A DNA stretch of 32,000 nucleotides from Candidatus Heimdallarchaeota archaeon (lineage in GTDB: Archaea; Asgardarchaeota; Heimdallarchaeia; Heimdallarchaeales; Kariarchaeaceae), in NCBI GenBank assembly GCA_030149205.1, contig JASBSB010000006.1:420001-452000 (forward strand). The letters run 5' to 3'. This document shows positions 9,145 through 17,501 of this stretch, in pieces (the stretch's first letter is position 1; every line of letters starts with the position of its first letter). A program made the translations under genes and the position numbers. The notes beneath the pieces were generated by a model. It was not told the DNA's origin. It saw only the letters and a program-made list of their open reading frames with translations, and searched no databases.

Positions 9145-12100
9145 TTAATTTTCTTTATCCATTAGTTCCTCATTAAGTTTAATCTTTTTGAGTTCATTAT
9201 CAAAAATGATAACACCTTTTCCTATTTTTCCATCTATGTAGATAACAAGAGGATTCTCAGAATGAACCCACTTTATATATTCACCTTCCTTAATTGTTGC
9301 AAGTGTGTTTAACCTCTCCCAATCAATCTTTGACTCTTGATGATGAAAAGGAACAGAAAAGTAGCTCTTCTTACTCGATGTAATATTCAAAAAGAAATGT
9401 TGACCTGAGGATGCATCTACCTGAAAATTTTCCATACCATATTCAACTATGGATTGAGAATTGTCTATGTCATGCCATTGAACTGGGATGCCCAGGTAGG
9501 GATCCTGGGTTCCCCATCTCCCTGGTCCAAGCAAAATATATGGTTTTTCTGATCCCAAAAGCTTGTTAAATTTACTTACCTCATCTTTAATGTCAAAGGT
9601 GTGATTGGTACTAAAGGTCTCAGGTTTTACAAAAACCACATCAAAGATTTTTGAACGTTTCCCGTTTCCAAGTACTGTATCTGAGTATATTATTGAATTA
9701 TCCACAAGTTTGGAAATATTTATGTCTACCTCTTCAAAATCAGTTATTAAAGGACGCATTTGTAACAAGTAGAAATTTAAATGAGTTTCATCAGGCCTTT
9801 GATCTAGTGTCACTGCATATTCAAATTCCACTTCACAACCAAAGCTCATCCTTCCAACTTGAATAATTGAGTTGAGTAGTTCAAGGAAAGGGACTTTGTT
9901 ATATTTCAACAGGTATGCAAATGTTACAACTAATGGACCTTTCTCTTCTACTCGATCTATGATACGGTCGTTATGACCATCGTATGTAGAGGCTAACCAA
10001 CTCAATCTCTTAGATGCTCTCAGCTTATCGATTGGGAGTTCTAGTAAATTTGAAAGTTGACCACGTTTAAAGTTTGAATCGGTCGAAGAGGTGTCTAAAG
10101 CAAAGAAATGTGTTTGAGAATTATCAAACATATCTTTCGTGTTCGAATACTGTGGTAGAATTCTTGGATATTTAGGACTAAATCTCAATGATTTATGTCC
10201 ACTGGTAATCTGCTCTCCTAGACCCACTGCTATCTGACTTGTACCCTCTTCAGGCCTCATATATGAGACTGGATAGAAATTGTAGCTTTGACCAACACCT
10301 GCAAAATCTGGAAAAAATATATGATCTGTAAATTTTCCGACAATTTTTTGAATAATCACTGCCATTTTTTCAAGTTCTGGTTGTTGACCTGAGGATAGAA
10401 GATAACTTCGGGCAGTTTGGGTAAAAGTTGACATGTAGACCAATTTTACTGCTTTCTGTAAAGTTTCTGCTCTTGTCTTTGCTTTAGGATGGTTATTTGG
10501 TAACATAAATGTTGCATAAATCCCTGCGAATGGTTGAAATTGTGAATCCTCAAGTAAGCTAGAAGACCTTACTGCAAGAGGTGATTTGACTTTCCGGGAA
10601 AACACATTCAAAACTCGTAGTAAAGATTTAGGGAGTTTGGCATCTAAAAATTTGTTACGAAGCTCATCATCAGATAAATCCTTTAGAATAAGGTCCTCAA
10701 AGTGATTAATTTCAATGAACTCATCAAAGAACGAGGTGGTTAGTACTAAGGTTTTAGGCAGTTTCACAGAAATGTTTGAGAACCTGCTTGCCAGTTTGGT
10801 TTTGAAAATTAAATTGTTTAGGAATGCTAATCCTCTGCCCTTCCCACCAAGTGAACCACTTCCAGCTTTCATAAACGGCTTTAGTTCATAAAATGAATCA
10901 GGGTTAAATTCAGTGATGACTCCTTCTGTTTGTACCTCTTGTGTCATTTTAAAGAAATGGATCAAAAATTCTCTGATTTGTTCACCGTCATCAAACTGTT
11001 TAACTGAGATGTCACGTAGTTGATAGGCAAGATGAAATTCTCCACGTGTGAACAGCCAATTTGAAAAATCATTCCTCGATGCATGAAAAACTATTGACTC
11101 AACTGGTATCTTCTTTATTACACGAATAAACTCTCTTAGATCATGTGCTCTGGCGATTTCACGACCACTGGCTTCTGCACGAAACACAAAATCACCGAAT
11201 CCGATGTAAAAGAGAAATCTTACAAGTGAGTGGAAAAACTTTTGTGACCTCTTATGAACAAACGAAATACCTAACTGTCTTGAACGATCCTGATTCTTTA
11301 ATTCAGAAGATTGGAGTAATATTGGCATGTTTGGCAGTTGATCTCGTATAAATTCGGTTAAGTCGAAACCCGCTTCTAAATCTTTCTTACCATCTTTTGG
11401 AAAACCAACATCAGAAATCAGAGCAAGGAGGTTGTTTTTATAAATCGAAATTAGCTCTGTTGCTTCTTCATAAGTTCTTGCTAAAAGAATCTTAGGCCTC
11501 CCCCTATAAAGCAGCAGTTTGTGGACGTGATTGACTCCTTCAGCCATGATTTTACGAGTTTGCCTTAGGATTTCTCTATATAAAAGTGGGAGAAATCTTG
11601 AATAATAGCTGATAGAGTCTTCAATGACAAGAATTATTCTTACCAACCCATAATCTGCATCAAATGGGGCATTTATCCGATCTTCAATTAGTTTGATCAT
11701 GGTAAAGAAGATCCCTGAATCACCAGTATATGTGAAAACTGCATCTACAGAACCTTGCTCTTCAATCGCAGGTAAATTTACCAATTCAGATGGGTTAGTA
11801 ACTAACATAACAATTGAAATGACTGGAAATTCCTCTTTAATCATGTTTGCTATTTCAAATCCGTCGAGTCCTGAAATTCTCCTGGTAGTTATAACAAGAT
11901 CAAACTTGTGCCTTCTCAATAGGTCTAAGGCCTCATCTAAATTCGAGACACGTGTGACTCGAGGGGGAGGTGAAGTTAATTTTAATTCACTGTACTCTGT
12001 GAAAAATTCTGTACCTTTTCCATCTTCTTCAATAATAAAATCATCATAAAGTGTTGAGATGAGAAGAACTTCCTTAACCTTAAATTTCATGAGATCATAA

Positions 12101-12180
12101 AACATGTCATACTTAGTCTCGTAATCATGTTGGACATCCTTAAAATTGAAGACCTCATCTCTGTAGGTTTGTTCTTTCAT
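9145..12180 (-). CDS. PEP/pyruvate-binding (PPDK_N ATP-grasp) domain protein with two N-terminal receiver-like domains
   Basis: VLLISTLYDDFIIEEDG...FDLVITT (receiver-like 1); ILVIED...LISDVGFP...PILLQSS (receiver-like 2); GSLGGKGRGLAF, AVRSSSLLEDS...FAGIY, FYLLQMRP (PPDK_N); C-terminal GPGRWG. I could not find the phospho-His swivel motif or the PEP-binding TIM barrel of PpsA/PpdK. Confidence 0.88.
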   Translation of the reverse strand: MKEQTYRDEVFNFKDVQHDYETKYDMFYDLMKFKVKEVLLISTLYDDFIIEEDGKGTEFFTEYSELKLTSPPPRVTRVSNLDEALDLLRRHKFDLVITTRRISGLDGFEIANMIKEEFPVISIVMLVTNPSELVNLPAIEEQGSVDAVFTYTGDSGIFFTMIKLIEDRINAPFDADYGLVRIILVIEDSISYYSRFLPLLYREILRQTRKIMAEGVNHVHKLLLYRGRPKILLARTYEEATELISIYKNNLLALISDVGFPKDGKKDLEAGFDLTEFIRDQLPNMPILLQSSELKNQDRSRQLGISFVHKRSQKFFHSLVRFLFYIGFGDFVFRAEASGREIARAHDLREFIRVIKKIPVESIVFHASRNDFSNWLFTRGEFHLAYQLRDISVKQFDDGEQIREFLIHFFKMTQEVQTEGVITEFNPDSFYELKPFMKAGSGSLGGKGRGLAFLNNLIFKTKLASRFSNISVKLPKTLVLTTSFFDEFIEINHFEDLILKDLSDDELRNKFLDAKLPKSLLRVLNVFSRKVKSPLAVRSSSLLEDSQFQPFAGIYATFMLPNNHPKAKTRAETLQKAVKLVYMSTFTQTARSYLLSSGQQPELEKMAVIIQKIVGKFTDHIFFPDFAGVGQSYNFYPVSYMRPEEGTSQIAVGLGEQITSGHKSLRFSPKYPRILPQYSNTKDMFDNSQTHFFALDTSSTDSNFKRGQLSNLLELPIDKLRASKRLSWLASTYDGHNDRIIDRVEEKGPLVVTFAYLLKYNKVPFLELLNSIIQVGRMSFGCEVEFEYAVTLDQRPDETHLNFYLLQMRPLITDFEEVDINISKLVDNSIIYSDTVLGNGKRSKIFDVVFVKPETFSTNHTFDIKDEVSKFNKLLGSEKPYILLGPGRWGTQDPYLGIPVQWHDIDNSQSIVEYGMENFQVDASSGQHFFLNITSSKKSYFSVPFHHQESKIDWERLNTLATIKEGEYIKWVHSENPLVIYIDGKIGKGVIIFDNELKKIKLNEELMDKEN

Positions 12181-12286
12181 CAGTCAATTCTCAAAATCAG
12201 GCTTCTTATCTTTTTAGAATCTGTGTGGGAATAATGTGTTTAATTATTTTTCCAATATTAAGATGAATAACCATTATATTTAGACC

Positions 12287-12784
12287 TCACATGAATCTAG
12301 AGAGTAGCTTTACTTCTTGGTTATCATCATTATATTCTACTAACCCAGCATTTCTTAGGTCAAAAACCGCTTGCCTAACCTCCAATCCTCGTAGTCCAGA
12401 AGCTTTTGTTAGTTCATCTAATGTATAGATTTCTTTCTCCCCGTGAAGTATAAACAAGATACGTACATGAGACCCAGAATTGAATACTTCTCCTACTAGA
12501 ACTAAATAAATGTCCAGAAGTTTTAATGCATCTAAATCTCTTTTGTCTTCAGTTTCGAGGTCTTTCAATTTTGTCAATGTCTCTTCCATCTGTTGATTAA
12601 TCTTTTGAAATTTGGAGTTAAGGGTATCATTTTCAAATTGAAGTTCATCTATTTTTTTTTCGAGGGTCTGTACTTCAACCTTATGTGACTTTTTAAGTTC
12701 TGTCATCTCGTTATCAATCTCCACCCAGACTTGATTTAACTGGTTTATTAATCCAGAAATTTGACTTTGTCGTGTTTCACTCAT
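12287..12784 (-). CDS. Coiled-coil plus C-terminal winged-helix protein
   Basis: Residues ~5-85 show E/K/Q/L heptad character; C-terminal VRILFILHGE...TLDELTKASGL...VRQAVFDLRNAGLVEY...VKL has wHTH spacing. ATG at 12784 preferred over TTG at 12787. Confidence 0.8.
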   Translation of the reverse strand: MSETRQSQISGLINQLNQVWVEIDNEMTELKKSHKVEVQTLEKKIDELQFENDTLNSKFQKINQQMEETLTKLKDLETEDKRDLDALKLLDIYLVLVGEVFNSGSHVRILFILHGEKEIYTLDELTKASGLRGLEVRQAVFDLRNAGLVEYNDDNQEVKLLSRFM

Positions 12785-12872
12785 CAAACAGTCTTAATTA
12801 CACCCTATATTATTTTTGTTTATAATTGATAAATTATTTTATTAAATTTATGAAAATATGCACGAGCCGGGA

Positions 12873-12891
12873 ATTTCGTAGTTTACACTAT
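12873..12891 (-). other. 19-nt tRNA intron at non-canonical position 59/60 (strict BHB)
   Basis: T54-T55-C56-G57 pairs with intron CGAA; 3-nt bulges A-A-A and A-T-T; outer helix TAGT/ACTA closes a GTAA loop. Confidence 0.92.
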
Positions 12892-12912
12892 TTCGAACCC
12901 GGGCCCCCTGCG

Positions 12913-12924
12913 TTCTGCAAAAAT
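12913..12924 (-). other. 12-nt tRNA intron at canonical position 37/38 (relaxed bulge-helix-loop motif)
   Basis: Exon C32-T33-G34-C35 pairs with intron GCAG; the 3' bulge is A-A-C38; the rest of the intron (TTTTT) cannot form an outer helix. Confidence 0.9.
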
Positions 12925-13063
12925 TGGCAGGCAGGCATACTACCACTATACTACTCGTGCCCTGCTTCCGTAGAAGCAATTTTAATCTAAATGGAATTAA
13001 CTTAAATTTTGTTATGTTGTACATTGATATTATCTAGTAATTCATTGTATGAAAAAAGGATAA

Positions 13064-13741
13064 CTAACCCAATCTACCGTTTGAAATTCTTACAACTCTA
13101 TCTGCATACCGTCTCAGTTCTTCATTATGTGTTGCAATAATGACAGCAGTTCCCAATCTGCATACCTTTTTCAATAGTCGCATAATTGTCTCTCCAGTTT
13201 CTTGATCCAAATTTCCTGTTGGTTCATCTGCGAATATTATCTTTGGTTCCTTCACTAGGGCTCTGGCAATTGCCACCCTTTGCTGTTCACCACCAGAAAG
13301 TTCCTTTGGAAAATGATTTTCCCTGTCATATAAATCCAATTGTCGTAAGGTTTTGAGAGATTTTGTTCGGAGCTCTCCACTATCCAATTTTGATGGGTAC
13401 ATGGGACTCTCAACATTCTCTACTGCAGTCATATGATCAATTAATTCCCAGCTTTGAAACACATAGCCAACTTCGTCCCTTCTGAAGGTAGTTAGCTCTT
13501 TATCAGTCAAAGTCGTAATTTCTTTGTCTTCATATTTAATTGACCCAGATGTGGGCTTTTCAAGTCCAGATAGAAGATGAAGCAATGTGGATTTCCCAGA
13601 TCCAGAGGGTCCAAAAATTAGAACCATCTCAGCAGGGTCAATCTTAAAGTTAACTTCAGTCAGGGCATGCACCACTTCGGCTCGTCCTCTTTTGTAGGTC
13701 ATTGAAAGGTTTTCCGCCTTTAATATATTTGTTAAACTCAT
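13064..13741 (-). CDS. ABC transporter ATP-binding protein, LolD/MacB/SalX family
   Basis: [53 protein letters not shown]. Confidence 0.95.
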   Translation of the reverse strand: MSLTNILKAENLSMTYKRGRAEVVHALTEVNFKIDPAEMVLIFGPSGSGKSTLLHLLSGLEKPTSGSIKYEDKEITTLTDKELTTFRRDEVGYVFQSWELIDHMTAVENVESPMYPSKLDSGELRTKSLKTLRQLDLYDRENHFPKELSGGEQQRVAIARALVKEPKIIFADEPTGNLDQETGETIMRLLKKVCRLGTAVIIATHNEELRRYADRVVRISNGRLG

Positions 13742-13747
13742 TTTTTA

Positions 13748-14986
13748 TCACCTATCCCTAAAGAGGTTCATTGGAGAAACTCTCAATGCCTTCCATGTAA
13801 CGATCAGTATTCCAATGAGTGTAAATAAGACCACTATCAAGAATGATGCTAGTATCGATTCCCATCTTAATAAAGCTGATGTTCTGAAATTCCCAAGATC
13901 CTGAAGGCTTAAATAAATTAAGATCCCATTAACACTTAATATACCGACTATAAAACCAGAAAGAGATGTTGTGAGTATCTCACCAATAAGTGCTAATCGA
14001 ATTGCATTATTTGAATAACCCATAGCTTTGAGAATCGCAACCTCTCTGCTTCTAAGTCTGGAAAGCAGATATGAATACATTGCAACGAGCACAGCACCTC
14101 CAATTAAACCGTAGAAGAAGGAAGAAAGATCTAGATTACTCTTTTCCTTCTTTTCTCTAATGGTGGACTGGGCTACTTGAACCCACTTCCCGAATTGGCT
14201 TGGTTGATTTAGAATAGTATCTGTTATCTTCTGTTTCAAATCAGCAACATGATCATAATCAGATGAGCTTGGAATTATTGGATTTTGGGTTTTCACAGTA
14301 ATTGATGCAGAATACACATACACATTTGATGCACTTATACCGAAGGCTGCTATTAGCTTATCAAACCCAAAATCAGGTACAAACACCCATAAACTGTTCC
14401 TTTTACCACTTCCAAACTTAGCCCCATCAAATAGGCCAGAAACTGTAAAGGACACTTTAGGAACTGCATTTGTTGCATTGGGGGGGGTGTCCCAAACGCT
14501 AAATTTACTTCCTACTGCCACAGTGGAAGAGATAAAGACACCATTAGACTGTTGAACCTGAACATCCCCATATGGGATCAACGCTTGGTTGGTTGATGAT
14601 GGAAAACTACCATCAATCACCAGAGAAGGATTAATCCAGGGATTTAACCAAGGGTTACTTAAATTCAGACTGAAAATTCTAAGATTGTTCCCAACATCGA
14701 AATATCTATACAAGACTGCATCCTGAATTGAGTAATTTACTTTCAGTACCCTAACTGCATCGATTAATTTGTTCCCTTCTGCTTGAGTCACTCCATAGGT
14801 TGTTGATTGTGTTAGGAACATACCTCTCTGATCCAAATAATTTGTGGTAACGTAAGAATCTAAGGTATTCACAAAAAAGGCCACAAACGTAGCAGTGAGA
14901 CCAAACATAAGTAGAAAAACAATAAATCTTCTTTTATTTCGTGTGGTGAACCTGATAGATCGACGAAATACTCTGAGATTTCCCAT
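13748..14986 (-). CDS. FtsX-like (MacB/LolE-type) ABC transporter permease
   Basis: N-terminal TM, large extracytoplasmic domain, then RSREVAILKAMGYS...IGE followed by three TM helices and a terminal SPMNLFR; immediately upstream of the cognate ATPase. Confidence 0.88.
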   Translation of the reverse strand: MGNLRVFRRSIRFTTRNKRRFIVFLLMFGLTATFVAFFVNTLDSYVTTNYLDQRGMFLTQSTTYGVTQAEGNKLIDAVRVLKVNYSIQDAVLYRYFDVGNNLRIFSLNLSNPWLNPWINPSLVIDGSFPSSTNQALIPYGDVQVQQSNGVFISSTVAVGSKFSVWDTPPNATNAVPKVSFTVSGLFDGAKFGSGKRNSLWVFVPDFGFDKLIAAFGISASNVYVYSASITVKTQNPIIPSSSDYDHVADLKQKITDTILNQPSQFGKWVQVAQSTIREKKEKSNLDLSSFFYGLIGGAVLVAMYSYLLSRLRSREVAILKAMGYSNNAIRLALIGEILTTSLSGFIVGILSVNGILIYLSLQDLGNFRTSALLRWESILASFLIVVLFTLIGILIVTWKALRVSPMNLFRDR

Positions 14987-15158
14987 CTTATACTCAAAAT
15001 TGATAAGAAGTTAAAAAGTTTTAACTTTCCATTTAAAAAAAAACATAGTTTATACGCATTGCTTACCCTTTTATTACATTATCTTCCATAAGGTTAAACG
15101 AAATAATTCAAATATAATGTAACAAATTTTTACGAAATCTGATAATTTCTTAGCATAA

Positions 15159-15166
15159 TTTATATA
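15159..15166 (+). promoter_or_regulatory. Candidate archaeal TATA box for the oxidase operon
   Basis: TTTATATA about 55 bp upstream of the ATG at 15221; RBS AAGGTG at 15207-15212. Confidence 0.5.
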
Positions 15167-15220
15167 GTTAAAATAAAACTTCAAATTAGCTTTAAAAAAA
15201 ATAGCAAAGGTGTCAGAATT

Positions 15221-15949
15221 ATGTTTATAAAAAACGTAGTAAAATTTCTATTGGGATTAACTATATTTGCAGTTATATCCCTATTGTATGCATTGTTTAG
15301 TTCTCCTGGTGGATTTAAAATGGGGGGAATGCAGACCAGTACGTTTGACCTTTCAAAATGGTCTATTGTTCAATTCAGCTTATTTTCAATACAATTCGGT
15401 CTTGTTGTATTCTTAGTGATTTTATATTTTGGGTTTGCACGAAAATCTCTTGAAAATGAAGTCCCAGAAGAGACCCACAAAAAGATCGAAGTGTTTGAGA
15501 AAAAATATTTTTGGATCGCAATAAGCATTTTATTAGTTATGCTGCTTCTAACTGTCGCTATACCTCTCACGACAAATCAACTTGCACAGGCCAGAGATAA
15601 TAGAACCAGAATTAGCTCATCGGATACTCTAATATACGCTCATGCGTTTCAGTTTGGGTTTGAATTTAAGACCAATGGAACTGGTTCAGTAACGAATAAC
15701 ACATGGATGCCCACATTGACATTAATTAAGGATAAACTCTATGAATTTGTTCTGTTTACCTCAGATACAACCCACGGGTTTGGAGTGTACTCACCACAGA
15801 ACTTGCTTGTAGACCAATCACAAATTGTCCCTGGATATAACACGCACTTCCTGATGAAATTTACTGAGACAGGAGTATATACAATTAGATGTATGGAATA
15901 TTGTGGAGCAGGGCATCAAATTATGGAAACCACAATCACAGTGGCTTGA
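15221..15949 (+). CDS. cbaB: Heme-copper oxidase subunit II (CuA domain, three predicted TM helices, no cytochrome c fusion)
   Basis: CuA ligands present: SDTTHGF and RCMEYCGAGHQIM; cupredoxin start AHAFQFGF; directly upstream of subunit I. Confidence 0.9.
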   Translation: MFIKNVVKFLLGLTIFAVISLLYALFSSPGGFKMGGMQTSTFDLSKWSIVQFSLFSIQFGLVVFLVILYFGFARKSLENEVPEETHKKIEVFEKKYFWIAISILLVMLLLTVAIPLTTNQLAQARDNRTRISSSDTLIYAHAFQFGFEFKTNGTGSVTNNTWMPTLTLIKDKLYEFVLFTSDTTHGFGVYSPQNLLVDQSQIVPGYNTHFLMKFTETGVYTIRCMEYCGAGHQIMETTITVA

Positions 15950-15959
15950 GGTGAACAAT

Positions 15960-17453
15960 ATGGAAGAAAAAGATTTTATTAAAGAAGCAAAAGAATTATC
16001 AATTGGATATTTTATCACGGGTATTCTTGTACTCGGTTTAGCAGTACTCTTAGGATTTATCGCTAGAACATCTCAAAGTGGGATGTTTGTGATTTCCCCT
16101 AGCATGTTCTATACCCTAATTACTTTACATGGGATGCTGGCCTTCGTAGGATGGGGTACCTTCGTGGCGATGGGCTTAACTTGGTATACACTTGTCAAGG
16201 CATTAAATGCACCACTCCATAGTGTTAAACTAGTAAGATTTATTTATTGGAATTTTATGACTGGAGCAGCCATGTTGATAATCGGATCATTTTGGGGTGG
16301 TTTTGCAGGATCTTGGGTATTTTTATATCCTATTACGTTCCATGGAAATTGGCCTGCATGGGCATCATTTTTCTGGACCTTAGGTGTGATATTAGCTGGA
16401 GTTAGCATTATACTATATGGGTTAGAAATTCTACTCACAATCAGATCGGCTGGTTATTCACTTTGGGATTCATGGGGTTTTGAGTCATGGAAGAAGTCTG
16501 ATGTCAACGATTACACTTTCCCAATTGCAGCTGTTCCATTATCAATCATTGGGATTGGTATGATAATTGCAACTATTCCTTTTGCATATCTCTTGATCTA
16601 TCAATTACTTGAGATTTTAGGAGTTGTTGGAACTATGGACGCTCTTTTAGCAAAGAATTTGCTATGGTGGTTCGGTCATCCAGTTGTCTATCTTATTCTG
16701 TTCCCAGTCGTGGGTATGATATATCAAATGGTTCTTGATAACACAGGAAGAAAAAGACTAATTGGAGAAAGACTGACCAAATTAGGATGGTCTATTGCTT
16801 TCATTGTTCAAAATATTGTTGGCGCTCATCATATTTACATGGATCTTGTTCAATCAGCTTGGATTCCAATTTTCAGTCAAGTTTCAACATATGTTATTGT
16901 TTTACCATCTGTTGTATCCTTGTATGCTATTGTGGGTACGATCTTAATAGCTAAAATTGAATGGAACCTGATCACAAAATATTTGGTAACAACTATTATT
17001 TTCTGGTTTTTAGCAGGTATCTCTGGAATTATCCAAGCAACAATGGCATTTAATGTTTTTGTTCATAACTCGCTTTACATTGTTGCTCATTTCCACACAA
17101 TGGCACTCTTAGGATTGAGTTCAATGCTCTTCGCAACTGGCTTTTATATAGTTCAAGATTATACTGGAGTTGACATCCAAAACAACAGATGGGCAAATGT
17201 CGGCTTTTGGAGTATTATGATTGGAGCGTTGAGTTTTACCAGTATGTGGTTTATCCAAGGAATGTGGGGTGGAATCAGAAGAGATGCCTTGTCAACACCT
17301 ACAAACTTGACCATTCTAACTGACTTAAGCATTCCATTTATGTTATTAACCGTTTTTGGAATACTTGTAAATGTATACCTAGCTATTAGACCATTTGCAA
17401 ATCTTAACCAAATAGATGTGTATCATGAAGAAAAAAACCCCTCAACTAATTAG
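15960..17453 (+). CDS. cbaA: Heme-copper oxygen reductase subunit I, B-family (ba3-like)
   Basis: All six His ligands: TLHGML, WWFGHPVVY (His plus cross-link Tyr, no Glu of the A1 GHPEVY motif), GAHHIY, AHFH; GGIRR pair. Start at 15960 follows RBS GAGGTGA; the 15903 ATG overlaps subunit II. Confidence 0.9.
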   Translation: MEEKDFIKEAKELSIGYFITGILVLGLAVLLGFIARTSQSGMFVISPSMFYTLITLHGMLAFVGWGTFVAMGLTWYTLVKALNAPLHSVKLVRFIYWNFMTGAAMLIIGSFWGGFAGSWVFLYPITFHGNWPAWASFFWTLGVILAGVSIILYGLEILLTIRSAGYSLWDSWGFESWKKSDVNDYTFPIAAVPLSIIGIGMIIATIPFAYLLIYQLLEILGVVGTMDALLAKNLLWWFGHPVVYLILFPVVGMIYQMVLDNTGRKRLIGERLTKLGWSIAFIVQNIVGAHHIYMDLVQSAWIPIFSQVSTYVIVLPSVVSLYAIVGTILIAKIEWNLITKYLVTTIIFWFLAGISGIIQATMAFNVFVHNSLYIVAHFHTMALLGLSSMLFATGFYIVQDYTGVDIQNNRWANVGFWSIMIGALSFTSMWFIQGMWGGIRRDALSTPTNLTILTDLSIPFMLLTVFGILVNVYLAIRPFANLNQIDVYHEEKNPSTN

Positions 17454-17501
17454 ATCAAATTAAGACTTCAAAGCTTATGTTTAGTTGGATATGTAAATGC
17501 A

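Larger units (their letters stand above)
12859..12960 (-). tRNA. tRNA-Gly(GCC) with two introns (37/38 and 59/60)
   Basis: Minus strand: GCACGAG TA GTAT AGTGGTA GTAT G CCTGC CTGCCA [ATTTTTGCAGAA] C GCAGG GGGC CCGGG TTCGAA [ATAGTGTAAACTACGAAAT] T CCCGG CTCGTGC A. Removing both introns gives a 71-nt cloverleaf with all stems paired, anticodon GCC, discriminator A and no encoded CCA. Confidence 0.96.

Noticed and set aside
9145-12180. Calling the 1011-aa protein a true PEP synthase (ppsA) or PPDK
   Set aside because: Only the N-terminal ATP-grasp is recognisable; the phospho-His swivel motif and C-terminal PEP-binding barrel were not found.
15903-15959. Longer 516-aa start for oxidase subunit I
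   Set aside because: It overlaps the subunit II C-terminus; the ATG at 15960 has a well-placed GAGGTGA RBS.
15960-17453. Nitric oxide reductase (sNOR/eNOR-like) identity for the heme-copper enzyme
   Set aside because: The cross-linking Tyr four residues after the helix VI His is retained (GHPVVY); NORs lack it.
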